Shown: piece after piece, positions 41,001-49,117 of the stretch
How positions within the stretch are numbered: position 1 is the stretch's first letter
How the letters are laid out: each line of letters opens with the position of its first letter
Assembly (NCBI GenBank): GCA_965242865.1
Contig: CBDETK010000013.1
Span: 5,440,001-5,504,000, forward strand
Length of the DNA stretch: 64,000 nt
Direction: 5' to 3'
From: Candidatus Latescibacterota bacterium
GTDB taxonomy: Bacteria; Latescibacterota; UBA2968; UBA8231
Notes under the pieces: generated by a model
What the model saw: the letters and a program-made list of their open reading frames with translations, nothing else
The model's database searches: none
What the model was told of the DNA's origin: nothing
Translations under genes and position numbers: made by a program

Positions 41001-41233
41001 TGAGGATTTCGACTAAGCACATCAACATATTCAATAATACTGTCGGTTTGATAACTATTTCCAGACTTTGCTTTGTGATAACCCATTAATTGACTACTTA
41101 GATACACATTATCATCGGTTATAGAAGCACCTGCGCCTAAGAACAGAATCGTATTACCCGATATGATATTAGGAAATATGTCTCTTCGTAAAGTTTCACT
41201 TCCTTTTTCTTGGACATCTGTTATATGGTACAT
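38069..41233 (-). CDS. SIR2-like + STAND P-loop + TPR/helical (+ possible OB) protein, Avs/SAMD9-like
   Basis: FLGAGAS, ITTNLD, KLNGC; GSYGVGKTT, LLFDE; RTRHPVIS; markedly AT-rich DNA. Confidence 0.8.
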   Translation of the reverse strand: MYHITDVQEKGSETLRRDIFPNIISGNTILFLGAGASITDDNVYLSSQLMGYHKAKSGNSYQTDSIIEYVDVLSRNPQFDRKEFDDIVEKCLRNLEPTAFHTTIARLPWKEIITTNLDIIVEKAFDRVFSTSDENKILKPAKNLHEYHYNPANDEIKYIKLNGCISDRAKYPFIFSTRDFESVNGFYKIVLQALEHISPRIQLLVIGYSFRDPFAKFLLDRFDRYNYRNKRDILLVDPTIQEDMLPYLESSSIRIIKCTASEFYQKYEDWEKSSEESAIRRRKPQFRQKDSSPINISNRLIKRLGSSLVQINPHTRFEYISPEQFYTGERPSYFAIKQNYDVIRLDCQKEIINKLEQFFNSEEFVIPIIAITGSYGVGKTTFCYRLVHSILDSDLDVAVFEILEPQDIREVDLCELISAVDTENIMLLFDECEVDSFFKSMIELRSNLSIQQLSGSNIVMLVPIRENILQKLTHNRSYPNLHQLEINTNFNKKEASDLIKKLDDSKIITVRDEKERNSLASTVVRDYKGDAFVSLLSIVTDGHHDQILRSAYEQLSEKAKESFLYTSLLYRFKILMPSSLLMKLVSKDWGTFKRDVIEYDAKGILVQEEKNISGDEPDLYFRTRHPVISDLLIEMYLSDSDKRFVEYQKIFKKLTYTPHNSRLIVDILKAMITAEEFTQSKIDNLYDICANEFSDDPHFNLHYATNLQYRGTQKSLERGIERIIYAESFLYRRSHRLTHRRAVLNFKLAQLLDREQVIHSAVQPYIDEARELFYIKMIEDPFSIYSFREYLRFEIWYLETFSLTQETELRSIISIEDLLDRAKRQLHEGIETIAEIEARYRKKHHSSSANDEKYINFISDLYKKEDLKPYALILYFYYYSQKNDEDALGAKVRELEKYTHLDEVSKLLFQHYGRNLHHSASRSKLFDLVRSNGPILEQDPMRYHYFLGIAEAYNRKFSYFRRHMRKIQQRFRTSLCMQDYWKDDEGNPEIFDAVIVKYKKRLYVRIIDLQYKIPLFLKKRNSMIDTSISSSHKVQIQFYAGGMKAFIVQKSGTE

Positions 41234-41496
41234 CTCAAATCCTTATAGTCTATATTGCGTTATAGATGGAAGTCATTGGGAACGGAAAAACGTATGATGA
41301 CGCCCTTGTTCCTCGTGGTTCTACTTGGGAAATAAGTCTAGATTAGCCCATTCCAACGCTTTTTCTTCCCACAATCGAATTCGGCGTTTCGGACCACTTC
41401 TACTCAAGAAAACCTATCGCCCGCTCGTCCAAATATATCTATCATGTTCAAAATATCGTATCCTCTACACTAGGTCAAGTGTCTCCATAGTCGCCG

Positions 41497-41628
41497 CTAT
41501 CGCACCCACCACAAGTGCAGCGTACTCGGATGCCCATGCCGAATCTACTTCTCCCGCGCCGCGTGCTTGGAAACCTCGGCAATGGGAAAATCGACTTCAG
41601 CGAGACACTTGCATTCATGAGGGATCAT
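41497..41628 (-). pseudogene. Copy of DUF1156 methylase 5' end
   Basis: [42 protein letters not shown] versus [44 protein letters not shown] at 37200. Confidence 0.92.
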
Positions 41629-42020
41629 AGTACGCGTTTCTCGGCCCAACGGACGACGGCTTCGGCGATAGTGATGGCTTCGGCGTACTCCTGAGCGGTA
41701 ACAGGCTCTATATCGCCGGGATAGCGCGTGGTGGTGGCGTATTTAGTCAACTTGCAGGCTTGACTGATCGGTGCTGGTATGACTTCTCCCTCGTCTTCGA
41801 GTAGTGATAATAGGCGGTCGAGATCATGCACGTAAGGGAACTCGATGTTGCGTACGATCATCACGGCCTTGATAGATTTTTCGGCGGCCTGCTGAGCATT
41901 GAAGCACAAATTTTCGAGATAGACCCCGGGCACCTCGTTCTTTGCTTGAGTCAGGTCGCTTCGGGCGCGGTTTATCCATTCCCGGGGATCGCCAGGCGGA
42001 AAGCGTTCAGGAGGCTTCAT
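41625..42020 (-). CDS. HEPN domain protein (copy 2)
   Basis: CFNAQQAAEKSIKA, YVHDL, TRYPG. Confidence 0.9.
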   Translation of the reverse strand: MKPPERFPPGDPREWINRARSDLTQAKNEVPGVYLENLCFNAQQAAEKSIKAVMIVRNIEFPYVHDLDRLLSLLEDEGEVIPAPISQACKLTKYATTTRYPGDIEPVTAQEYAEAITIAEAVVRWAEKRVL

Positions 42021-42321
42021 AGACGATCCTTCCTTCCTGTAGGGCGGGCTTGATGACCAATGCGTGGGTGTCCTTATACCGCTCGACCGATTGGGGCGTG
42101 ACGACGATGGCGTCAACTGCTGCGCCAACCCTGTGCAGGTTCTGATAAATCTGCCCCATAAGTTCAAGCGGGTTCGCGCACTCTTTTATAATAAGCAGAT
42201 CGACATCGCTGTGGCGGTTCATGTCGCCGCGAGCAGCCGACCCAAAGAGAATGATTTTCTCTGGTTGGGCAACTTTCACAATGCGGCGAATAATGTCGTC
42301 CAGAATCGCTTGTTCGAGCAT
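42007..42321 (-). CDS. Minimal nucleotidyltransferase (MNT, copy 2)
   Basis: ILFGSAARG....SDVDLL. Confidence 0.9.
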   Translation of the reverse strand: MLEQAILDDIIRRIVKVAQPEKIILFGSAARGDMNRHSDVDLLIIKECANPLELMGQIYQNLHRVGAAVDAIVVTPQSVERYKDTHALVIKPALQEGRIVYEAS

Positions 42322-42381
42322 CTTCTTAATCCCACGTTCTATCGTTTGCAATCACGTTGAATGGCGTGTACCGATTGCGGA

Positions 42382-42777
42382 TTAGCCCACAAGTTCCCCG
42401 GCCCAGCGGACGACGTTTGTGGCGATCTCTATCGCTTCGGCGTACTCCTGAGCGGTAACAGGCCCTGTGTCGCCGGGATAGCGCGTGGTGGTGGCAAATG
42501 GAGTGAGCTTTCTGGCCTGTCCAACGGCGTCCGGGATCGCTTCGCCTGCTGCCTTGAGCAGGGAAAGCAATCGGGCCAAATCATGCACGTAGGGAAAGCC
42601 GATGCCGCGCTTGAGCATCACCGCCTTAATCGCTTTCTCAGCGGCTTGCTGTGCATCAAAGCACAAGTCTTCAAGATAGGCACCGGGAGTGCGGTCTTTT
42701 GCCCGAACCAAATTGCTTCTGGCTCGATTCATCCACTCTCGTGGGTCGTCCGATGGAAAGCGTTCAGGCGGCTTCAT
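42382..42777 (-). CDS. HEPN domain protein (copy 1)
   Basis: CFDAQQAAEKAIKA, YVHDL, TRYPG. Confidence 0.9.
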   Translation of the reverse strand: MKPPERFPSDDPREWMNRARSNLVRAKDRTPGAYLEDLCFDAQQAAEKAIKAVMLKRGIGFPYVHDLARLLSLLKAAGEAIPDAVGQARKLTPFATTTRYPGDTGPVTAQEYAEAIEIATNVVRWAGELVG

Positions 42778-43078
42778 ACACCACCTTTCCCTCCTGTAGA
42801 GCGGGCTTTATTACCAGCGCGTGGCTGTCCTTATACCGCTCTACAGAGTCGGGCGTGACGACGATAGCATCGACGGCTGCCCCGACGCCATCGAGATTCA
42901 TATAAATATCACCCATGAGTTCAAGCGCGTTCGCGCATTCTTTTATAATGAGCAGATCGACATCGCTATGGCGGTTCATGTCGCCGCGAGCGGCCGACCC
43001 AAAGAGAATGATCTTCTCCGGTTGAGCCACTTCTATAATGCGGCGAATAATGTCGTCCAGAATCGCTTGTTCGAGCAT
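42764..43078 (-). CDS. Minimal nucleotidyltransferase (MNT, copy 1)
   Basis: ILFGSAARG....SDVDLL; near-identical to copy 2. Confidence 0.9.
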   Translation of the reverse strand: MLEQAILDDIIRRIIEVAQPEKIILFGSAARGDMNRHSDVDLLIIKECANALELMGDIYMNLDGVGAAVDAIVVTPDSVERYKDSHALVIKPALQEGKVVYEAA

Positions 43079-43114
43079 CTTTTCAACCCCATTAGCATTT
43101 GCCTGCGCGGAAGA

Positions 43115-44350
43115 TCACGACGGTTTCGGCTCCTTCCACAAGCGGACGATGAAGCGGTGCTCTTCCTCGATCAGGTCCGGCTCAGTGCCGTTGTGGTCTC
43201 GCATAGCTCTAATAATCCGATTGCGTACACCCATGCCAAAATGCTCAACATAGCCGTAATCTCGAAGGATTTCTTTTAGCAATTCATTTCTGGCGGCCCG
43301 TAAACCTTCCTTCATCTTCTCTACCGTCACTCCATTAGGAAGACGCCCGGGCGAGATTACTTCTAGGCGATCACGATACAAAGAGACTTCGATGTCTGTG
43401 CCGACGAGCGTATAATCGCGGTGTGCAACCGCATTCACGATGGTTTCACGAACCGCGGCCCGTGGAAGCGACTTCTTGCGGCGTCTCCTTCCACCATCGA
43501 GCCACGCGACAGAGCCCATGTTACGGGCTACGAAATCTACCGCTCGGTCAATGACCCCCTTATCCATAACACTTTTTTTTGCCGATAACATCGGAACGAG
43601 AGGACCTCGAATCAGTTCTTCATCTACAGTATTGTACGCCTTTTCATTTTCTGGGAACGCCGCCGCCGTAATGCCCGACTGCGGCAGCCTGCGGTTCGGG
43701 TTCTTGCCGAAGAGGAGCAAGCCCGCGACTGTTCCGACAGTCGTTCCCGCCGCTTCCGCAAGAAGATCAATGCTCACAAGAACTCGACGCCATTCTTCGG
43801 TATTCTGCGCCGTTGGCACATCGCGCTTCTGGATAACACGAAAGTAGTTCCCGATTCGGTCCAGATCGAGTTCCTCCAGTCCCGTCTCAAGTACGGGCTT
43901 GATGTCATAGCGCATGATACGGGCTGACTGGTAGAGGCGTCCTTCTTCATCGCGACTTGCCTCTCGTGAACTGCTACCGACCCGCACGAACGTCCACCAA
44001 GCTTTGCCGCGTTTAGCCTTGTACGGCTTATCCGGCGCATCGCTAGGAAGAGATACTATGCCGACGGTTTTCCCCTCTCCCCAGTCCACGGTCTCCCAGT
44101 AGGGGATCGTCGCCGGACGGATGTGGGTACGCGCAGTTTCCATCACCCATTCTTCGACTTTGCTCGGCTCGCAGGTGAGACCGGAAACCGAGCCATCGTC
44201 CTCGACGCCGAGGAGAATGTGCCCACCTTCTAGGTTGAGTAGGGCGGCGATTTCAGTGGCGAGTCGTTCGGGGCGAACGTCGGAGCGCTTGAACTCCACG
44301 CCGGAACTCTCGCCATTGCGGATTAGTTCGATCAAATCGGTTTTGTTCAT
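43115..44350 (-). CDS. AlbA_2 (Schlafen-like) + HATPase_c_4 protein
   Basis: GESSGVEFKR, LLNLEGGHILLGVEDDG, RETIVNAVAHRDY, SPGRLP. Confidence 0.88.
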   Translation of the reverse strand: MNKTDLIELIRNGESSGVEFKRSDVRPERLATEIAALLNLEGGHILLGVEDDGSVSGLTCEPSKVEEWVMETARTHIRPATIPYWETVDWGEGKTVGIVSLPSDAPDKPYKAKRGKAWWTFVRVGSSSREASRDEEGRLYQSARIMRYDIKPVLETGLEELDLDRIGNYFRVIQKRDVPTAQNTEEWRRVLVSIDLLAEAAGTTVGTVAGLLLFGKNPNRRLPQSGITAAAFPENEKAYNTVDEELIRGPLVPMLSAKKSVMDKGVIDRAVDFVARNMGSVAWLDGGRRRRKKSLPRAAVRETIVNAVAHRDYTLVGTDIEVSLYRDRLEVISPGRLPNGVTVEKMKEGLRAARNELLKEILRDYGYVEHFGMGVRNRIIRAMRDHNGTEPDLIEEEHRFIVRLWKEPKPS

Positions 44351-44358
44351 AGTTCACC

Positions 44359-47070
44359 TCAGAATCCGTATTTCCGGCGGCGACGCTCAAAAGCATCCTT
44401 GCCACCTTCGAGAATCTCCTCAACCATTTCCCGCACCGGGTGTGCATCAATGGAGCCTATATGTTTGGGATCAATGTAGGCATTCCCCTCGTCCCCACCT
44501 CCAGTGGCGGTGAGGCCAACGATCAGTTCGGCGTCCCCAAGCACCAAGATGTTGGCATTGTGAGTCGAGAAGACGAATTGGCGACGGCGTTTCTCCTCGC
44601 GCATTCTGGGAACCACCCCTTCGGTGATGAATCGGTTGTCGAGGTCGTCCTCCGGCTGATCGACGATGAGCGGCGCATCGGACTCTAGCAGGAGGAGCAG
44701 CAACACAGCGGTCGCTTTTTGGCCCGTTGAGAGCGCTTCGAGTGCTTGCCATGACGGCGGTTTGCCGGAAGGAGCCGTGTTGAGCTGGATTGTGGTCGCG
44801 GGGGAAAGTTCCAACTCTTCAATGTGCATCAAAGTCTCGGCCGACGCCTCGGCAAGCCGTTGCGCTTGGGCTGGTGGAATTTTGTAGGTTCGGTGAACGG
44901 CATCCGCGCCTGTCCGACAGCTATCGACGAATTGCGGCAGCGAGAAGTTCTCCGCTCGGGCGAGGATGGCTAAGGCCTCGGAGAGACGGCCGCGGATCTC
45001 ATCGCGGAGCAACCGGATCAGCAGCTCGCGGTTGCCTGCGGCGGTGACCGCCACTTGGACGCGGGGGCGCAGTTTCTTGCTGACTGCTTGCGCGGCTCTG
45101 TCCAAACTCCTGAACTCCTCCGCTTTGATATCTTCCCATTCGGCGAGCAGCATACGCCGTCGTTCAAGGAGTTCTTTTTCTAACCGTTTCAATAAGAACT
45201 TGCGCTCCCCGAGCGGGCGAAGGTTCTCGATTTCGCGCCTAAGACGAATGAACTCTTGCCCGTCTATTGCCGATTTCTGAAGCTCGCGCAGAATTTTCTC
45301 ATAGTCGGCTTGGACCTTTTCTTGGCACTCGTTCCAGCGAGCGCGGATTTCGGCGATTCCTTCATCTGCTTGCTTTAGTGCTTCTGCAAGTTGACCCGCC
45401 AATTTATCGAGATTAGTGCTCAGGCTTTCCAATATGTCATTGCCGCCCGCAAGAATTTTCTTACCCGGTAGATCTCGGAGTGCCCTTTCAGACAAGAACA
45501 CCCGGTCTATCGGGAGCTCTTGGCGGAGAAGATCGAGGCATTCGCGGAAATTCTGTAGGCGCTCGGGCATCGAATTGAGCACCCGCTCCTCGCGTACGAG
45601 CAAGCTCTTTTCTCGCAGGCGATCTTCAAGACCGACTTCTCGAAAGCGTTCTAGGGTCTCCTCAAGTCTTGGCAGGGCGGCTAGACGCTCCTCGATTTGC
45701 TGGAGCTCGGTGCATACCTCTACTATGGACCGCCGCGTCTTCTCGAGTTCTCGGCGGAGATCGGCCTTGCGCCGGGCCGAGGAATGGTCTCGCTCGACGA
45801 AGCGGTCGAGAAGGCGCGTGAGCTTTTCGGGACTCTTGGTGAGTTCGGAAATTTCGTGCTGTCCGTACACCTCGACGCGAGGGAGTATCTCTTTTGGAAG
45901 CAGGTTCGACATATTGCCGTCCTCCTCGCGCACCACGGGCGGGTTTGGAATGGTCCGCTCAATGCGGTACTCGCGTGGCGCCGGGCGGTCACAGCGCACG
46001 AGAAGCGAGACTTTCGTCCCGCTGCGGAGCACTTGGCGCACGATTCCTTTGTGGGCCTTGTCGGCCTCCTCGCCGATAGGCTCCAATCCGAGCGCGTAGC
46101 GCAGGCTCTCGATGATGGTTGATTTGCCGGTGCCGCGCCCGCCGACTAAGACGTTCATGTTCGGATTGAAGCGAATGGCTGCACCATCCAGAAAGCCACC
46201 TTCCCAAGTCAGGGAAACGAGTTCGGCGTGGTCGTCGGGCGTGGAGTCGCTGTTCAGCCGAATTCTCGACCCGGGATCGAGAAAAGCCTGCCGTAGCCCC
46301 TCAACCGTGATCTCGGACATCTTGATCCAGCATGTAGCCGAAGGGTCTTTCAGATCGCTCGGCTTAACGACATCCTTCGCGTTGATCGCGGCTACGGCTA
46401 GATTTTCATCTGCGGGATGGTTTCGCTGATAGTCTGGATTCTCGTTCTGGACAATTGGACGTACCTCGGGGGGCAGGCTGGCGACAGGCCCAGGGATCTG
46501 GATCGCGAGCAGGTCTTTAGCACGCCATGCGTTGATCCGCGCTTGGCCTTCGAGTGCTTTGAAAAGCCCTTTGGCGTTTGTCACGTGCGCGGCGATGGCG
46601 ACTCCGCCCTGTTGCTCGACCATTGTAAGTACCTTGTCGAACGGCTCGCTCGACAAATTCGCTGAAGGGCCAGTCTTTCGGATTCTAAACTCGCCTAGAA
46701 ACCGATCCAAACTGTTCTTATCAGCATTCGGCGGATAGATGCACAGGATGTGAATGCCTTCAGACGAAGAGAGCTCGAAACCGGGGAATATCGTGACGTT
46801 GGTATGTTGGGCGGCTTCTTGGAACGCGGCTACTCCGCTCGCGTCGTTGTGATCGGTGATGGCGAGCACGGAGACGCCGATTTCGACTGCCTGCTCGACA
46901 ATGGCTTTCGCGTGCTCGCGAGCATCGCCGCTGGTTTGCTGGCCTCGGAAGGTTGCGCCGTAGCCGTGTGGGTTTACTTGGAGGGCGCATCGATGAAATA
47001 CAGCACCCGCTGGCAACCCGCTGGCCTTGGCGATAGGGTCCTTAGCCCTCACACTCGACATGGTCTCCAT
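44359..47070 (-). CDS. PHP phosphoesterase + SMC/ABC ATPase fusion (Ppl/TrlF-like defence protein)
   Basis: AITDHN, GFE, HIL, AAH (PHP); GGRGTGKST, LSTGQK, IVDQPEDDLDN, STHNAN. Confidence 0.88.
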   Translation of the reverse strand: METMSSVRAKDPIAKASGLPAGAVFHRCALQVNPHGYGATFRGQQTSGDAREHAKAIVEQAVEIGVSVLAITDHNDASGVAAFQEAAQHTNVTIFPGFELSSSEGIHILCIYPPNADKNSLDRFLGEFRIRKTGPSANLSSEPFDKVLTMVEQQGGVAIAAHVTNAKGLFKALEGQARINAWRAKDLLAIQIPGPVASLPPEVRPIVQNENPDYQRNHPADENLAVAAINAKDVVKPSDLKDPSATCWIKMSEITVEGLRQAFLDPGSRIRLNSDSTPDDHAELVSLTWEGGFLDGAAIRFNPNMNVLVGGRGTGKSTIIESLRYALGLEPIGEEADKAHKGIVRQVLRSGTKVSLLVRCDRPAPREYRIERTIPNPPVVREEDGNMSNLLPKEILPRVEVYGQHEISELTKSPEKLTRLLDRFVERDHSSARRKADLRRELEKTRRSIVEVCTELQQIEERLAALPRLEETLERFREVGLEDRLREKSLLVREERVLNSMPERLQNFRECLDLLRQELPIDRVFLSERALRDLPGKKILAGGNDILESLSTNLDKLAGQLAEALKQADEGIAEIRARWNECQEKVQADYEKILRELQKSAIDGQEFIRLRREIENLRPLGERKFLLKRLEKELLERRRMLLAEWEDIKAEEFRSLDRAAQAVSKKLRPRVQVAVTAAGNRELLIRLLRDEIRGRLSEALAILARAENFSLPQFVDSCRTGADAVHRTYKIPPAQAQRLAEASAETLMHIEELELSPATTIQLNTAPSGKPPSWQALEALSTGQKATAVLLLLLLESDAPLIVDQPEDDLDNRFITEGVVPRMREEKRRRQFVFSTHNANILVLGDAELIVGLTATGGGDEGNAYIDPKHIGSIDAHPVREMVEEILEGGKDAFERRRRKYGF

Positions 47071-47080
47071 TTTGGCCCTC

Positions 47081-47326
47081 TCATTCGTCCCGTGTTTTCC
47101 ATTTTTCAGAAGTCTTTTGACCTTCCCTAACTTCCACCGGCTGCTTGAGCGCGTCAACGCTCAGATAGTAGTGAGCTACCTTGGTGACCTCGTGCCACGG
47201 AAATCGCACGGGGTCTCGGATCGGCTCTTGAAGCTCTGGCGCACTCGCGCAGTGGGTCACCACGTAGAGCCAGTAGCAGTCGCGGCGATCCTCGGCGACG
47301 CGCCGCTCGTTGGGCGTCAGCAGGAT
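47081..47326 (-). pseudogene. 3' remnant of SNF2 helicase-DUF3883 gene
   Basis: ILLTPNERRVAEDRRDCYWLYVVTHC...IRDP..FPWHEV.KV.HY, the C-terminus typical of DUF499-associated helicases; no upstream body. Confidence 0.75.
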
Positions 47327-47521
47327 AAGGAATTAGGGCTTTTTCGTTGAGCCAAGCGGTCGCCTCGGGCCGTGCGGCTATCGGCGGCCGATTTGTGAAA
47401 TCCTCAATGAACCGCAAGAATACCTCTATTTTCTCGACGTGCATCACACGAAAAGTATCGGCGTAATCTGAGCAACCTAGACACATCGTGCATCTTCCCC
47501 GATCTAGCTGTTTTGAAAGAG

Positions 47522-49072
47522 TCATCTGAAGCTTATAAAGCTGAAGCGGTTTCGTTTCAACTCAGCCAAAAACGCTTGGCCTTCGCCTCTCAGCGTTTCC
47601 TCGCGCCACACTTGATAGATCAGGAGCCAGAAGCGGTCCTTCTCTTGGGTCTCCATATCCTTCAACTTATTGGCGCGTCTTCGTATCGCCTCCCGAATTC
47701 TCTTAATCCTGTAGCGTTTTGCGTACTTTAGTAGTAACACATCCGAGAGGCAGTCATCTATCGCGATGACCTCTATGAACTTGTCCTCCAGCGTACTCAA
47801 CTGAAGGTTATGTTTGAGCGAGTAATACAAGGCATGGGCGATGGCATCCGAATAGATTCTCTGAATTCCAATCACTAGGAGATGTTCAATAAAATCAAGA
47901 ATGACTTTCTCGATTCCATCATAGCGATGCTTGTCGAACACGTGCTTGTCTAAGATTGGAGCAAGATATGGATATAGCAGTGCCAAGTTGATAGTCTCCT
48001 GAACGAAGAGACGCTTAGCTCGGCTATCGAGACTCGGAGGCACCATCTTGATAGCGTAGTTCAAAACGGCATAGGTCTCCGCTCCATGCGCTAGTTTCAG
48101 TGCCAAGTCCAGGAGCGAACGAACCTTCCCGAAGCGAACGGTTGCGCCTTTGGCTGGCAATCGGAAGTTGTTCAACTCTCGAACCCAGTCTTTTTGGATT
48201 GGAAGTGGCATCGGCAAGATTTCAGTCTTACGGTCGTTCAGAACAAGCTCGTATTCGCGCAGTTGCATCCCAAGGTCATGGATGAATTTCTCAGCTTCGT
48301 CATAGGTTTTCGCGTAAAAGGTGTAATCGTCAATATAGCGGCTAAACCTCTCGTATCCCTTCTTGGTCATCTCATAATCAATTCTGGTCAGTATTATCTC
48401 TGAGACGACGTTGGATGAGTGTGGCCCGATCAAGATCCCATTGGTTTGTCCATCTCGGATACCCTGGGTGGCTTTGTCCAGAAGATTTCCTGCCAATAAG
48501 ACCGAGCGGCACTTTTTCGACTTACTACGACCATGTAGGGCCCATGGGATTGAATGAGTGTAGATGCTGGGAAAGCAATTTGATATATCAGTGTAAACGA
48601 CATAATGCGCTCCCATCATTTCGCGAATGTCTATTTCTTCATGCTCGAAGTGTTCCTTTCCCTTGTAATTCATTCGGAAAACACGCTCACTTGACGTTTT
48701 CCGAACAAAGAGACGGCTCACGGGTGTCTTCGGTTTTGCGCAGTGCCCTTTAATTGTCGCCCAATGCTGCTTCAGGGCTAGACACTGGACAAGGTGGCTT
48801 TCGGGATGGGGAACCCCCATCTGACGAGGGATATTGACGGCGTGTAGTGGTTCGTAGCGGATGAAATCGTGCTTTCGTTTCTTAAAGGTCTTATCCAAAT
48901 TTTTTGAGTCTTTTTCTGTTGTTGGCTTTAGAAGAATGTTCGGGGCATAGGCTGAAAGCCCTTTGGAGGTAAAACATGGCGGAAGTTTTTCACTGAATAG
49001 GCCATAGTCAACCAAGCCTATGAATGCTTCGTCCTCCGAAAGGCCGAGCCCTGTCGTTTGTCTCCTTACCAT
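47522..49072 (-). CDS. Abi/UG-type (DRT4/AbiA-like) antiviral reverse transcriptase
   Basis: EKLPPCFTS, DISNCFPSIYTHSIPWA, GQTNGILIGPHSS..SE, RYIDD, LNDRKT, helical C-terminal extension. Confidence 0.85.
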   Translation of the reverse strand: MVRRQTTGLGLSEDEAFIGLVDYGLFSEKLPPCFTSKGLSAYAPNILLKPTTEKDSKNLDKTFKKRKHDFIRYEPLHAVNIPRQMGVPHPESHLVQCLALKQHWATIKGHCAKPKTPVSRLFVRKTSSERVFRMNYKGKEHFEHEEIDIREMMGAHYVVYTDISNCFPSIYTHSIPWALHGRSKSKKCRSVLLAGNLLDKATQGIRDGQTNGILIGPHSSNVVSEIILTRIDYEMTKKGYERFSRYIDDYTFYAKTYDEAEKFIHDLGMQLREYELVLNDRKTEILPMPLPIQKDWVRELNNFRLPAKGATVRFGKVRSLLDLALKLAHGAETYAVLNYAIKMVPPSLDSRAKRLFVQETINLALLYPYLAPILDKHVFDKHRYDGIEKVILDFIEHLLVIGIQRIYSDAIAHALYYSLKHNLQLSTLEDKFIEVIAIDDCLSDVLLLKYAKRYRIKRIREAIRRRANKLKDMETQEKDRFWLLIYQVWREETLRGEGQAFLAELKRNRFSFISFR

Positions 49073-49117
49073 AGAAATCTCCTTTGAGGACTGTCGCCTT
49101 CAAGTGACCGAGGCTGC

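Noticed and set aside
42336-42356. 14-nt match (TGATTGCAAACGAT, minus strand) to the start of the small gene at ~37485
   Set aside because: May be another cassette scar but is too short to distinguish from chance.
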